From the NCBI RefSeq assembly GCF_009914755.1, contig NC_060929.1: 64,000 bases of DNA, one strand, 5' to 3'. The notes under the pieces were generated by a model. It was given only the letters and a program-made list of their open reading frames with translations, made no database searches and was not told the origin of the DNA. This stretch comes from the human T2T-CHM13v2.0 reference genome, Homo sapiens. Shown one piece after another: positions 28,818 to 41,350 of the stretch (position 1 is its first letter; each line of letters begins with the position of its first letter). The position numbers were made by a program, and so were the translations under genes.

Positions 28818-29925
28818 TACAATCAACAGAGTGAAGAGACACCTGTAGAATAGGAGAAAATATTTGCAAACTATTGATTCGACCAGGACTAATATCCAGA
28901 ATATAAAAAGAATTCTAACAATTCAACAGCAAAAATACAAATAATCCCATTAAAAAGTGGGCAGAGGATCTGAATACATATGTCTCAAAAGAAGACATAC
29001 AAATGGCCAAGAAGTATACAAAAAAATGTTCAACATCACTAATCGTCAGGGAAATGCAGATCAAAACCACAATGAGATATAATCTCACCCTGCTTAGAAT
29101 GGCTATGTCAAAAAGACAAAAAATGACAAATGCTAGTGAGGAGGAAAAGAAAAGATAACTCATACACTATTTGTGGAAATATAAATGAGTACAGCCATTA
29201 TGGAAGACAGTGTAAATGTTTCTCAAAAAGCTAAAAATAGAACTACCATATAATCCAGCAATCCCACTACTGTGTTTTTTTTCCAAAGGAAAAGAAATCA
29301 TGATATCAAAGGCATACCTGCACTTCTGTTTATCACAGCATTATTCACAGTAGCAAAGATATGGAATCAAGCTAAATGTCTATCAAAAAATGAATGAATA
29401 AAGAAAATGTGGTATATATACATCATGAAATTCTAGTCAGCCTTTAAAAAGGATGAAATCCTCTCATTCATGCCAACATGAATGAGCCTGGAGAACGTTA
29501 GGTTAAACAAAATAAGTCAAGCACAAAAACATAAATATAACATGCTCTCACTCACATGTGAAAGCTAAAAACAAAAAGCTCAGTTCATGAAAGAAGTTAA
29601 TTGGTTAATGGATACAAAATTATAGCTAGATAGAAACTAATTAATTGGTTAATGAATACAAAATTACAGCTAGATAGAAAGAATGAGTTCTGGTGTTGTG
29701 TGGCTCTGTAGGGTAGATATGGTTAACTATAATTTATTGTACATTCTGTAAAGTCTAGAAGAGACGATTTTGAATGTTCACAACATAAAGCAATGATAAA
29801 TGTTTGAGGTGGTGGATGTGCTAATTAACACTGATTTTAGCATTACACATTGTATACATATGCAGAAATATCACTCTGAATCCCATAAATAAAAGCAATT
29901 ATGGGCCAACTAAAAATAAAAGGAA
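28818..29925 (+). mobile_element. 5'-truncated L1MA (MA3/4-like)
   Basis: ORF2 end and 3' UTR ('caatcaacagagtgaagagaca'...'tgaatgttcacaacataaag'). Candidate 11-bp TSD AAAAGTTTCTT at 28807-28817 and 29926-29936. Confidence 0.9.
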
Positions 29926-32900
29926 AAAAGTTTCTTCGATTCATTTTTTGTTGTTGAATGAATGAATAAGTAAATAAATAAAAATGGACAAATGAGCCCA
30001 TCTGTTCTTCCATCCTCACATCAGACTGTCTTTCCTTCAGGTTCCTACGTTTTCTGTTAAAAAAAAAACCAATTAATATAAAAGAACTACCACTCACTGC
30101 AATAAATAGATTTCCAAAGGTTATTCCTAGAAAAGACAAAGCTTTACTTCTAAAAACAATGTTGATTGATGGAATTTCAAGAACAAGGGTAGTCAGGAAA
30201 AGGAAATATTCTGGATCAGTGAACACTCCCGGCTGCCCTGAAATCAGCCAGTGTAATTCGTCTTTTCACGTGAGCAAACTCAGAGACGATGTGGATTCCT
30301 TCTTGCTCTTCACAGCACCCTTTAAGCAAAACTAGATGCCTGGGAGTACTTCCTTCCCCTCAAATCTCACCACACAGCCTAACTTTTACTGCATATGTGC
30401 TTAGGGGTAGCACTTGTCTCTATCAGACGGCTCTCCACATTTACCTCCAAAAGTGCACAAGCGGGAATGAAAATAGCCAGTTCTCTGGAATAATATCTGA
30501 GGTACCATGTGAGTACTGACACGCTGCAGAATGGCCACAGATGACCCACCTGGGGACAACCATACGACTGCATAGACTTCTGCAGTGAGCAAGCAATATG
30601 TGCTGGCAAGTGGAGCCAAAGTCTACACCTACATGCCCACCCTGGAACCGCATAACTTGTGCCACTGCCAGAGCTTCCTGAGGAGGGAGGAGATTGAGCA
30701 GGTGTCCATTTTCAAAATGTCCCTCCCCTTCTACGACAAAGAGATTAAGACCTAGCTCCATGCAACAACAACTATCTGAAGCTCTCTCATCCATTTAGAA
30801 CACAGCACTGCAGGAAAATCTTTTCTCCAGTCTCTATGATTTTTCTCTCTTAGCATTTTTACACCCTTCGTGCTTAACAGGTTAATGGAGTTTCATCCCC
30901 TGCAACGCCACCAGAAACACAATGTTATCTATAATACATTTCACCAAAAGGCACTTTCTAGCTAGGGTTCTTAGTAATCATTCCCTTAATAGAGTTTGCT
31001 GAAGCATTGATCATAAGCTTCATGCCTTGGAAACCTGAACTTCTGGGAGGGTCAGTCCCTGTCTATGGAGTCACAACTCGATCTCGCTACCATGAAATGA
31101 GTGCAGACATCGAAAAGGTTACAAAATTGTTTTAAATATGTTTATGTGGTCAAAATACATATAAAATTAGTAATCAGACATCTCCTCACAAGTTAAGTAT
31201 TCTTTTATGTGTTGTCAAATATCTTTTCAATATTCCAGACATGATGAGTAAATCTTTTTATCTACTTTATTATTTCTGGTATTGATTATTCAAAAAGTTA
31301 ATGGTCTTAAGCTGTATTTACTGTAACATTTAACTTCCTTTAATTTTTTCTTTAATTCACTTTTAAAAAAATCTATTTCCAGCTTAAGTTTACAGTCTAC
31401 CTGGGATATTTGCCTAGATGGAATGATAATTTCTTAATTTGTCTTGATTCGATGAATAAAATACATCATGATCTTTTGTTCATCAATTTTACCTGTATTA
31501 CCACCTGTTTCATTCTGAAAATATTAAGAAAACTTAAAAATAATTATATATCTAATAACAACGTATTTTTAAAGCACTATTATTTTTAACCAGCTTTACA
31601 GTTTTCAAAAGTAAAAACTAATCAAGATCTCTTCTCTTCAATATTCATTTTATATGCTGGCTGTTTAAAGGTTATAGGAAATCTGAAAATATACTTCTTG
31701 ACATTTTAAGCTATCTGAAAAGAGTCAGATGGATAACGTTTAACCTCACATTTTTATGAGGGTTACCAATCACCTAACACCAAGCCATAATTTTAGGTTC
31801 AAAATGCAATTCTGAAATATTTTTAACAATTTCTTCATGCATTAGAGCCACAATTCTATAGGTGACAAAATTTATATGCAGAAAGGGAGATAATATTTTA
31901 TTTATCTTTTAGAATTTCCGGGCATTTCTTGGATATTTCTTTAATAATGTTAGATTTATCCCAAGGAATATAATGCAAAATAATGACACATATAATTTGC
32001 TTTTGAAGTACTGATGTTAATCACAAAGATTCCCATGTTAATTGGAGTGTGCTCGTTCAGCACCTTGTATGCCAATGCTTCTCTGAGTTCATTACATTGT
32101 TGCATAGGTTTTGAAAACATTATTAATATTAAACAAGTCAACCCTTGTGCAACAGTGATGAGAACTATAGGAAAAACCACACTAAGATGAGATTGCTCCA
32201 TTGGGCATGGTATACCTATTATGTCATGTCAATTAAGTCATTTCTGAAACACGAGGTATTTGTTTGAACTAAAATGGGTATTATTCTTAATTGGCACTGT
32301 GAGTTCTGAACTTGAATCTTACAGTAAGCAATTTCTTATGACAGCTAAAAGGATGGAAATATGTTTGTGTGTCACTAGAGAATCTGTGCCTGGTATTATA
32401 AAAAGTCTCTTCTTACAAAGTTTAGGGTGCTTTAAGGGAGGACTACTTCAGACTGCTTATCTTAAGCCGTCACTTGTGTTCAGTTCTATTTTCAATGCAT
32501 ATATCTTCTTTCATTGGGAAAATTAAAAGAAAACTAACAATATTATCACAGCAACATAAACTAGGCATATTTTAAAAGTGAAAAGGATGAGACAAAAGTG
32601 CATCATGACCACAGTTATTATAGTTGATTTACTTTTCTTGTTTTACTTTTTAAATTTCTAGTAATGTGAATATTAGAATTTAGAATTTTTTATATATAGG
32701 AAAGAATTCAAAACAACAAGTTAATGGGGAACTACCATTGCAATAAAAAATAAAATAAGGGTTCTGACATCCAATTAATAGTGTCTAGTGAAAAGGAAAA
32801 TATTGTCCATGACATACTCAAATTTGGTGGTTCTTACAACAAAATATAGCAACAATAACACCTCCTTATTTTTGACGGCATCTATAGTTTGGTAGCACTG

Positions 32901-33454
32901 AGAGCAAATCAATTGAAAAAAGAATACATTTAACTCAATTTAAAGAAAAAATAATTATCAAAAACCAAGCATTCAATGTATACTACTATATTTTGTCTGT
33001 CTTTTCGCAATGTTTCAAAAAGTAATAACATTTATAGAATTATCTTCAATACAATTTCCAGTCCTATTCTAATTTGTTATAGTGTTAAATTAGTATTTGG
33101 AATTTGAAATTTGAGTTATAAAGTACCTATCATATATTCCAGCTAAACATATTTCACACAGATTAATGATTGAATTATAAAAAGAGGAAAAGAAAAAGAA
33201 AGAAATAGCTCTAGGAAAAATTGTATAATAAAAATCCTTCCCCAAAATAATTGTCACCTAATTAGACAAATTCACAAAGTTGAGTTGGAAATAACCAGTC
33301 TCTGGTGCTTCCTGCCCTTCATTTACCCCTTCTGGCAAACATACCAATTATTATAATGACAGAGGACTTCTGGTACTCTAATCTTAGTTCTTGAAGCTTT
33401 CCTGACTTTGCATGCTGTTCTGTTTATAAATCTGCTTAAGGTCACTCATAACAA

Positions 33455-33632
33455 CTTAGTCACTTACTAGCTATGTTTCACTTATAAGCTGCTTAACTTT
33501 GCTCTTTGTGGGTTTTCTCATTTATAAAATAGGCATAATAATAGTGTCATCTCGGGGCTATTGTGAGGACTAAATGAGTTGCTACAGTGGCTGGATAGGT
33601 AAATGCTCAATAGATATCAGCTACTACTATTT
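33455..33632 (+). mobile_element. MIR SINE
   Basis: 'cacttactagctatgt...ttctcatttataaaatagg..taataatag...tgtgaggactaaatgag...tgctcaatagat'. Confidence 0.75.
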
Positions 33633-34135
33633 TTATCTATATGGATGATGGACAGAGTGTCATTCCTAGGTAAATTTTGAAATGATCAAAACTTCTCTTA
33701 AACTTTTCAACTTTTCTATTTATTTATTTTCTCCCAATTTCATGCCTTACCCTCCATGCTACATGCCCCACCAGGGTTGGCAATGGACTCTGTTCCACGA
33801 AACCAGAGACTCAGGTTGGGAAATGTAGGCAAGCAGATGGACTATTAGGTGAGCATCAATATGCTTGCCACAGTCTGCTCTTCTGAGCTCCAAAGAGTCT
33901 CTACTCTCCCTTGCTCCCTTTTTTCCACACATGCTTTCCATACAAGCCCTTCTCAAGGGAAAAAAATCAAAAGCCCATCTTCTTGGCATCCTTATCAAAG
34001 CCCATTATCCATGAGGGATGCAGAATTATCTCTAAATCACTTGCAAACATGAATCCATCTGCCCTATACTCACTCAACGCACAGTAATGGAACAGTGGCC
34101 ATCATAAAAGTCCTACTGAAAATAGGATGGTTAGA

Positions 34136-35549
34136 TATTAGATCTTTGTCAGATGCATACTTTGCAAATATTTTCTCCCATTCTATAGGTTGCCTGTTTA
34201 CTCTGTTGATAGTGTTTTTTGCTGTGCAGAAGCTCTTTCATTTAGTTAGTTCCCGTTTGTCAATGTTTGCTTTTGTTGCAATTGCTTTTGGTGTCTTCAT
34301 CATGAAATCTTTGCCCGTTCCTATGTCCAGGATGGTATTGCCTAAGTTGTCTTCCAGGTTTTTTATAGTTTTGGGTTTAATTTTAAGTCTTCAATCCATC
34401 TTGAGTTGATTTTTGTATATCGTATAAGGAAGGGGTGCAGTTTCAATCTTCTGTATACGTATAGCCAGTTATCCCAGCACCATTTATTGAATAGGGAGTC
34501 TTTTCCCCATTGCTTGGTTTTGTCAGCTTTCTCAAAGATCAGATGATCATAAGTGTGGGTCCTTATTTCTGGCCTTTGTATCCTGTTTCATTGGTCTATG
34601 TGCCTGTTTTGGTGCCAGTACCATGCTGTTTTGGTTACTGTAGCCCTGCAGCATAGTCTGAAGTCAGGTAATGTGATGCCTCCAGCTTTGTTCTTTTTGC
34701 CTTGGCTATTCGGGCTCCTTTTTGGTTCCATATGAATTTTTAAATAGATTTTCTAGATCTGTAAAGAATGTTGTTGATAGTATGATAGTGATACCACTGA
34801 ATCTGTAAATTTCTTTGAGCAGTATGGCCATTTTAATGATATTGATTCTTCCCATCCATGAGCATGAGATGTTTTTCCATTTGTTTTTGTCTTCTCTGAT
34901 TTCTTTGAGCAGGGTTTTATAACTCTCACTGCAGAGATCTTTCACCTCCCTGGTTAGCTGTATTCCTATGTATTTTATCCTTTCTGTGGCAATTGTGAAT
35001 GGGATTGTGGTCCTGATTTGGCTCTTGGCTTGGCTGTTGCTGGTGTATAGGAATGCTAGTAATTTTTATATACTGATTTTATATTCTAAGACATTGGTGA
35101 AGTTGTTTATCAGCCGAAAGAGTTTTTGGGCCAAGACTATGAGGTTTTCTAGAAATAGAATCATGTCTTCTGTGCACAGGTATAGTTTGACTTCTCTTCC
35201 TATTTTGATGCCCTTTATTCCTTTCTCTTGCCTGATTGCTCTGGCCAGGACTTTTAATACTATGTTGAATAGGAGAGTGCATCCTTGTCTTGTGTCTGTT
35301 TTCATGGGGAGCTAAATGATGAGAACCCATGAACACAAAGAAGGGAACAACAGACACTGAGGCCAACTTGAGGGTGAAGGGTGGGAGTAGGGAGAAGACT
35401 GGAAAAAATAACTATTGGGTACTAGGTTTAGTGCCTGGGTGATAAAATAATCTGTACAACAAACTCCAAACTCCCATGATATGAGTTTACCTATATAACA
35501 AACCTGCTCATGTATCCCAAACCTAAAATAAAAGTTAAAAAAAAAATAG
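34136..35549 (+). mobile_element. Old L1PA (PA13-16-like) with 5' inversion: ORF2 piece on minus strand 34136-~35308, 3' UTR plus A tail on plus strand ~35307-35549
   Basis: Minus-strand ORF2 peptides ([30 protein letters not shown]; [18 protein letters not shown]). Plus-strand 'gggagctaaatgatgagaac...aacctaaaataaaagttaaaaa'. Perfect 18-bp TSD GAAAATAGGATGGTTAGA at 34118-34135 and 35550-35567. Confidence 0.93.
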
Positions 35550-36129
35550 GAAAATAGGATGGTTAGAAGATACAGAACCCACTGGCTTATAGCTATTCTG
35601 AAATCCCTCTGGGAAGACATTATGAGGTGTTCCACTCATGGGTATGGGATATTTCTTGATTAGGCCCTAATTCCACACTTAGGGGAGAACTCCCTAGCTC
35701 CATCCTCTAACAGATTTTTTTCATTCTTTGTATCCTCTTTTGCTGCAAGTGAAGTGATCATTAGAACAAGCCCCCCAGGAGTCACAGATTTCTCAATCAC
35801 CACCACATGAGAAGAATGGCGTCCCAAGATTTGTTTTAAATCTTGAGCAGTCACAGGCCTTCAGTATATGTTCATGAATTCTTTAGCAGTATGATTTTAT
35901 TTTAAAAAAACTGATAGGTTTCTTTGATGAAATGCCCACAGTTAAAGACACATTCTCATATTGCTTTCTTCCTTCTTTTTTCTTCTCGATACCACCACCC
36001 CTACAACTCCCTCCATTTGCTCACCCTCCCCAACCATGACCCACCACACATGCCATATTTCTCTTCCCTTAAGGGACACTCCTTGAGACTGCAAACCACA
36101 TACCTGGTCTGATATTTTCCCAGAGGCAG

Positions 36130-36385
36130 TTTAATCAGTTGAAAGATTTTATTGGGAATTTGCTCAGTGGAGGCTGAATGGAGAATATTCTCATATCCCA
36201 TTGGATTATGGATCCACAAGGTAATAGAGGTCTAGATCTTGAATCCCCATAAGAAACCTGCCTGTGTATCAGAAAGACCTGCATCAAACTGTTCCATGAG
36301 TAAGAATTAACTTCTTTTATACTTATCCATTGAAATTTAGGGGTTTATCTCTTACTGCGGTTAGCAATTCCCCAACTCAAACAAT
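36130..36385 (+). mobile_element. Old MLT1 LTR 3' fragment
   Basis: 'atgagtaagaattaacttcttttat..ttatccattgaaatttaggggtttatctcttactgc' resembles the MLT1 3' end. Confidence 0.5.
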
Positions 36386-38098
36386 AAATTATTCAGGAAC
36401 ATTCTAGAAATATATTATTTTATTGATATAATAAGAAAAATTGTTTTCATGTATTTAAAGTGCAATTGATAGCAACTGAGATAGTATTTTTGTAGAATAT
36501 ATATAAGGCCTTCACTAATGAACTAAATGAAAAATAATTATATGTGGGCTTGCCAAGAAATGAAATGTATTTGCTGTTCACTTAGTTTTCTGTTGATCAA
36601 ATAAAAAATGGAATCATAATAGACATTCCCCAAATAAAGCAAATTTGATAGCATATAACATATAAAATTTAATAGCCAAAATTAGTTTAAACCATATATG
36701 AAACAAAAAGTCACATAAAAGAAATATTAATGTATGCTTTCCAAATTTGACTGATCTGCATGTAAAGATTAAACATAATGATTTTTAAAAATAGCAACGA
36801 TTTCCACTAGGCTCTGTTTGTAGCCTTTGAATTACTGATGACATAGGGGTCTGGATATACAGCATTTTTGTGTGTGTGTTACCAACTCATTGTGTATAGA
36901 TGCAATGGTTTATTGCTAGACATGAACTTAAAAGGAAGAAATTCAAATTAGCTTTTAAATGTAGTATGTAACAATCAATATTGATAGATTCCAGGTTTAC
37001 CACTAGGAAAATGATAGAAAATGTTGTTTTCCCTTTAATTATTCCCTATTTAACTCATTTTCAAATTGCTAAACGAAACTTGTAATATTGTTTTATTGAG
37101 TTATAAATAGTTTATGGAAATGTTACTATATGGATATTTGTATTCTTATACATGCATAGAAAACTGGAAGCATACCTTGAAATATTTGAAAAATGGTTAA
37201 CCCTGGGAAACTGGATACAAACAAACAGTAAGATGAGGAGAAGTTTTTATTTTCTCCTTCTTGTAATAGCACATTGTGTAATTTTTGGAACTCTGTGAAT
37301 GATTCACTCTTGTAAATGTATTTAATAGAAAAAGTTGTGAGAACTGAATGATAGAATCTGGAATGGCTTCATTTGCATTAAGTGCAAGTGCCTAGAACAA
37401 TACCCTGCCTGACGAAGGCTCTTAGTAAATAGTCGTTAAATGAATAAATCAAGCTATTACATTCAGAACATATTAGTATATGGATGGGGGAGGAGTTACT
37501 AATGTTGGATTTCACCCACAAAGAGTTGTGATAGAAGTGACAGCTGACAATTGCTTTCCAGGAACAAATCATAAGAAAGCTTTGTTCATATTGTTCTTGA
37601 AAAGCTAATAATAAAATTAAATTAGCTATTACCAAAATAGGTTTAATTATATATTTAATCATTGGGGAGGGATTTTTTTACGTTCCTTGAAAAATACTAA
37701 AAATCTTGAGGTTTTAAAATGGAGAATATGCAAACCCATTCCATTTGACACATAAAAGGTTTGAATCTACCATCTTCTTCTTAACATCTTTGAAACAAAT
37801 TGTCAAAGAAGAAGCAGTGCGCTGTTAAATGGAAAAGACTTCTTGTGGTTATTATCACCGTGAAGAACCAGATCCTATACTACGTTGGAAATACATGTTG
37901 GTGGAGCTCATATAGATCACAAGGTAAGAGTCACATTCCAGACACCTTAGGTAGAATTTTAATAAAGATTAAAAAAAAATACAAAACATTCAGCAATCAC
38001 AAAATGAGCCCATGGAGTATTTAAATGAGTTCCAACTTCATGTTCTACCAATTTTTACTTAAACAAAGTCTTTTCTAGAAACTATCAGCACTTGGAAC

Positions 38099-38734
38099 TG
38101 TTAAGAATCAGAAAACAATATCCTAAAATGAAGGCCTCAGAAACAGCTCTCTGACCTTCTCCTGCCCTCCTGTCTCTGTCCCTGCATTCTTCCCTGAGGC
38201 TAGGCATAGAAACTAGAATCCCTCTTTCCCAAAGCAGTTCTTAGAAACCAGAAACCTTTTTTCCCAAAGCCAGCCATAAAACTTAAAATAATACTCCAAA
38301 AATACTTTCCCCCACCTTTCTGTGTAAACTGGCCATAAAGAAGTTATTGGGCCAAACATGTTTGATTGTAGGTCATAAGACCCCCATTCCAGAGAGGGTA
38401 CTGCCCCATACCCAAAATGTTGCACAGACAGAACAAGAAGAATCTAAACAGACAGGCTTTGCTGGGTTTCCCCACTCAGCCTCTTAGCATTACATCACAT
38501 CCTTTTTGTCCAGTCAAATTTCTACATGGCTGCCCATACTTTGTTGAATCTAACCATAAAAATGGACGGTTTCCCTTGTATCTTTGGGTCTTCATTCTAA
38601 AGGTTCCCATATCACATAAAATTGTGATTAAATTAATTTTTGTGTCTTTTCTCCTATTAATTTGCCTTTTGTCAGTTGATTTTTAGCAATCTTTCATAGA
38701 GGGAAGAAGAATTTTTCTTCTTCTGGCCCCTACA
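38099..38734 (+). mobile_element. ERV1 solo LTR (MER39/MER34 group)
   Basis: TG...CA ends; 'aaaatgaaggcctcagaa..ctctgaccttctcctgccctcctgtctct', 'tcataagacccccattccagagaggg'. Flanks GGAAC/GGAAT. Confidence 0.85.
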
Positions 38735-39143
38735 GGAATAAATTATTTGAAAAGTAAATTCCCATTTTGGGCCTATTAATGATGTGCCACTCAGAAAACA
38801 TAAATTTTGGACAATAAGCAGCATCAAGTAAGAAAATTCTTGTTCAGTTTATGTCAATAAACACTAACACATTCACAGCCCCTTCTCGTGAACCTAGTTA
38901 TCATCTTCCTTACCCATTAGTTACATATACAGGCATATACATCTTCATATGCCCTTTATTCTTAATGGAGAATGTTAGAAGTACTAATCTCTCAGAAGCA
39001 TTCCTGCTGTTTAATTTGATTATGTGCACTTCTAATTGGTAAGACATTGAATTTTGTACTGTATTTAGCAAATCTTTTGGGCTTAGTTTTACTTGTTTCT
39101 AAGCTCTAGCACTTAATTTATTAGTATGAAACTACCTCTATGC

Positions 39144-39314
39144 CAGCGTCTCTCAAAGTGCATTCTACCAACCATCTGCACTCAGAAGCTTGTTCAAAAT
39201 GCAAATTCCTGCAACCCAGTCAGACCTGCAGAATCACTGCTTCTGGAAGGTGAGCCCTAGCAATCTGTATTTTGAAAAAGATGCCTCATGTACACTTACG
39301 CCTAAGAACCACTA
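39144..39314. mobile_element. MER5-type hAT-Charlie fossil
   Basis: 'cagcgtctctcaaagtg...gcttgttcaaaatgcaaattcctg...aatctgtatttt...aagaaccact'. Confidence 0.75.
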
Positions 39315-39879
39315 TGTTTGCAGGGGTGCATAGGCAAAGGAGTCTTACCTAAGGGGACGAGGGAGAACTAGGAGAGAGGGAAAAGCAGTGGAAAAGAGGG
39401 AAACTGGAACACTTGTTCTGCCCTCAGGCAAGCCTTGGGAGCATAGACATTTTTTCCACCACACCCTCTTTGTAGCAGGATTGGTTCTTTCACATTTGAC
39501 GTCACCGTGGAAGCACAAGCTGCTAGGTGCAGTCTCTTCTGTCCCAGCCTGGAGTGGGTGCAGTAGGAGAAAGCTAGGCAAGCCAGATCAGAAACTAGGT
39601 GTCAGCACTGGAAAGAAAAGACAAGAAAGCAGCTTTACAAGACCAAAATTTCAGGCCTTTCCTCTGGAAATTTAAGTATCCCATTTTACAAGCCACCAGC
39701 AAGAGAATTAAGTTTAGTTTTGACCCCGGTGTCTCACAGACTTGAAAACAATAATCAGTAGGATTTTGAAAGATTTTGGCCTCTTTGAAAAATGTATACA
39801 AAGAGCTTTATCCTTTGTTTTCATAAATCTAGAATGATAACTCATTATAACTTCTAAACCATTAAAAAATTACCCTATG

Positions 39880-41350
39880 TTAGTGAAAGAATAGACAAAT
39901 AAATCAATGCACCAGAATAGAGAGCCCAGAAATAAGCCCATATAATCCTTTGAATAGGAGTAAAGGGAATACAATGAAGAAAGACAGTCTTTTCAATAAA
40001 TGGTGTTAGAACTACTGAACATCCACATGCAAAAAAATGAATCTAGACACAGACTTTATGCCCTTCACAAAAATTCACTCAAAATGGATCACAGACCTAA
40101 ATGTGTAACACAAAATCATAAAACTTCTAGAAGATAACATAGGAGGAAAATCTACATGACCTTGGGTATGGCAAAAATAACTGATAAGCTAGACTTCATT
40201 AAAATTTAAAACTTCTGCTCTGTGAAAAAACTATGGGAAGAGAATGAGAAGACATGCTATGGAATGGAAGAAAATATTCACAAAAGGACACATCTGATAA
40301 AGGGCTGTTATGCAAAATATGCAAAAACTCTTAAAACTCAACAATAAGAAAGCAAACAAGCCAATTAAAAACTGGGCAAAAGACCTGAACACTTTATCAA
40401 AGAAGATACACAGATGGCAAATAAGCATTTGAAAAGATGTTCAATATGTGTCATTAGGGAATTGCATTAAAACGAGTTACACTACACACCTATTAGAATG
40501 GCCTAAATCCAAAGAACTAACAACATCAAATGTTTGGAAGGATGTGGAGCAAGAACTCTCATACATTGTTAGTGGCAATGCAAAATGCTACAGCCACTTT
40601 GAAGAACAGTTTGGTGGTTTTGTAGAAAGTTAAACACACTCTTACCATACAATCCAGCAACCACTCTCCTTGGTATTTACCAAGGAGCTGAAAATGTATG
40701 TTCACACTAAAACCTGCACACGGATGTTTATACCAGGTTTATTCATCATTTCCAAAACCTGGAAGCAACCAAAATATCCTTCAGTAGGTGCGTGGCTAAA
40801 TATACTGGGGTACACCCAGACAATGAAATGTTATTCAATACTAGCAAGAAATGAGCTATCAAATCATGAAAAGACATGGAGGAAACTTAAATACATATTG
40901 TTAAGTGAAAGAAGTCAATCTGAAAATGCTACATACTGTGATCCTAAGTATATGACATTCTAGAAAAGATAAAACTGTGGAAACAGTAGAAAGGTTAGTG
41001 GTTGTCAGGTATGGGGGGAGAGATGCATTCTCAGGACACATTAGATTTTTGGGGGCAGTGAAACTATTCTGCATGATACTACAGTGGTAGATATATATCA
41101 GTATACATTTGTCCAAACCCACAGAATGTGCAACACCAAGAGTGAACCCTAATGCAAACTACTGGATTTTGGGTGATAATGATGTGTCAGTGGAGGTTCA
41201 GCAATTGTAACAAATACAATTCTAGGGGAGATGTCTATACTAGGGGAGGCTGTGCATGTGTGGGGCAAGGGGTATATGGGAAATCTCTATACTCTCAGTT
41301 AAATTTTGCTGTGAGCCTAAAACTTCTCTAAAAAATAAAGTCTATTTTTA
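39880..41350 (+). mobile_element. L1MC1/2-type 3' fragment
   Basis: ORF2 end, then characteristic 3' UTR 'caacaccaagagtgaaccctaatgcaaact..tttgggtgataatgatgtgtcagtg...ttttgctgtgagcctaaaacttctctaaaaaataaagtct'. Confidence 0.9.

Noticed and set aside
30289-30794. GC-richer block with overlapping ORFs
   Set aside because: No frame gives a recognisable protein, and no poly(A), TSD or convincing splice-site pair was found.
37809-37923. Open frame ending at a strong donor AAG|GTAAGA
   Set aside because: The acceptor is weak and the peptide unrecognised; it cannot be supported as an exon without RNA data.
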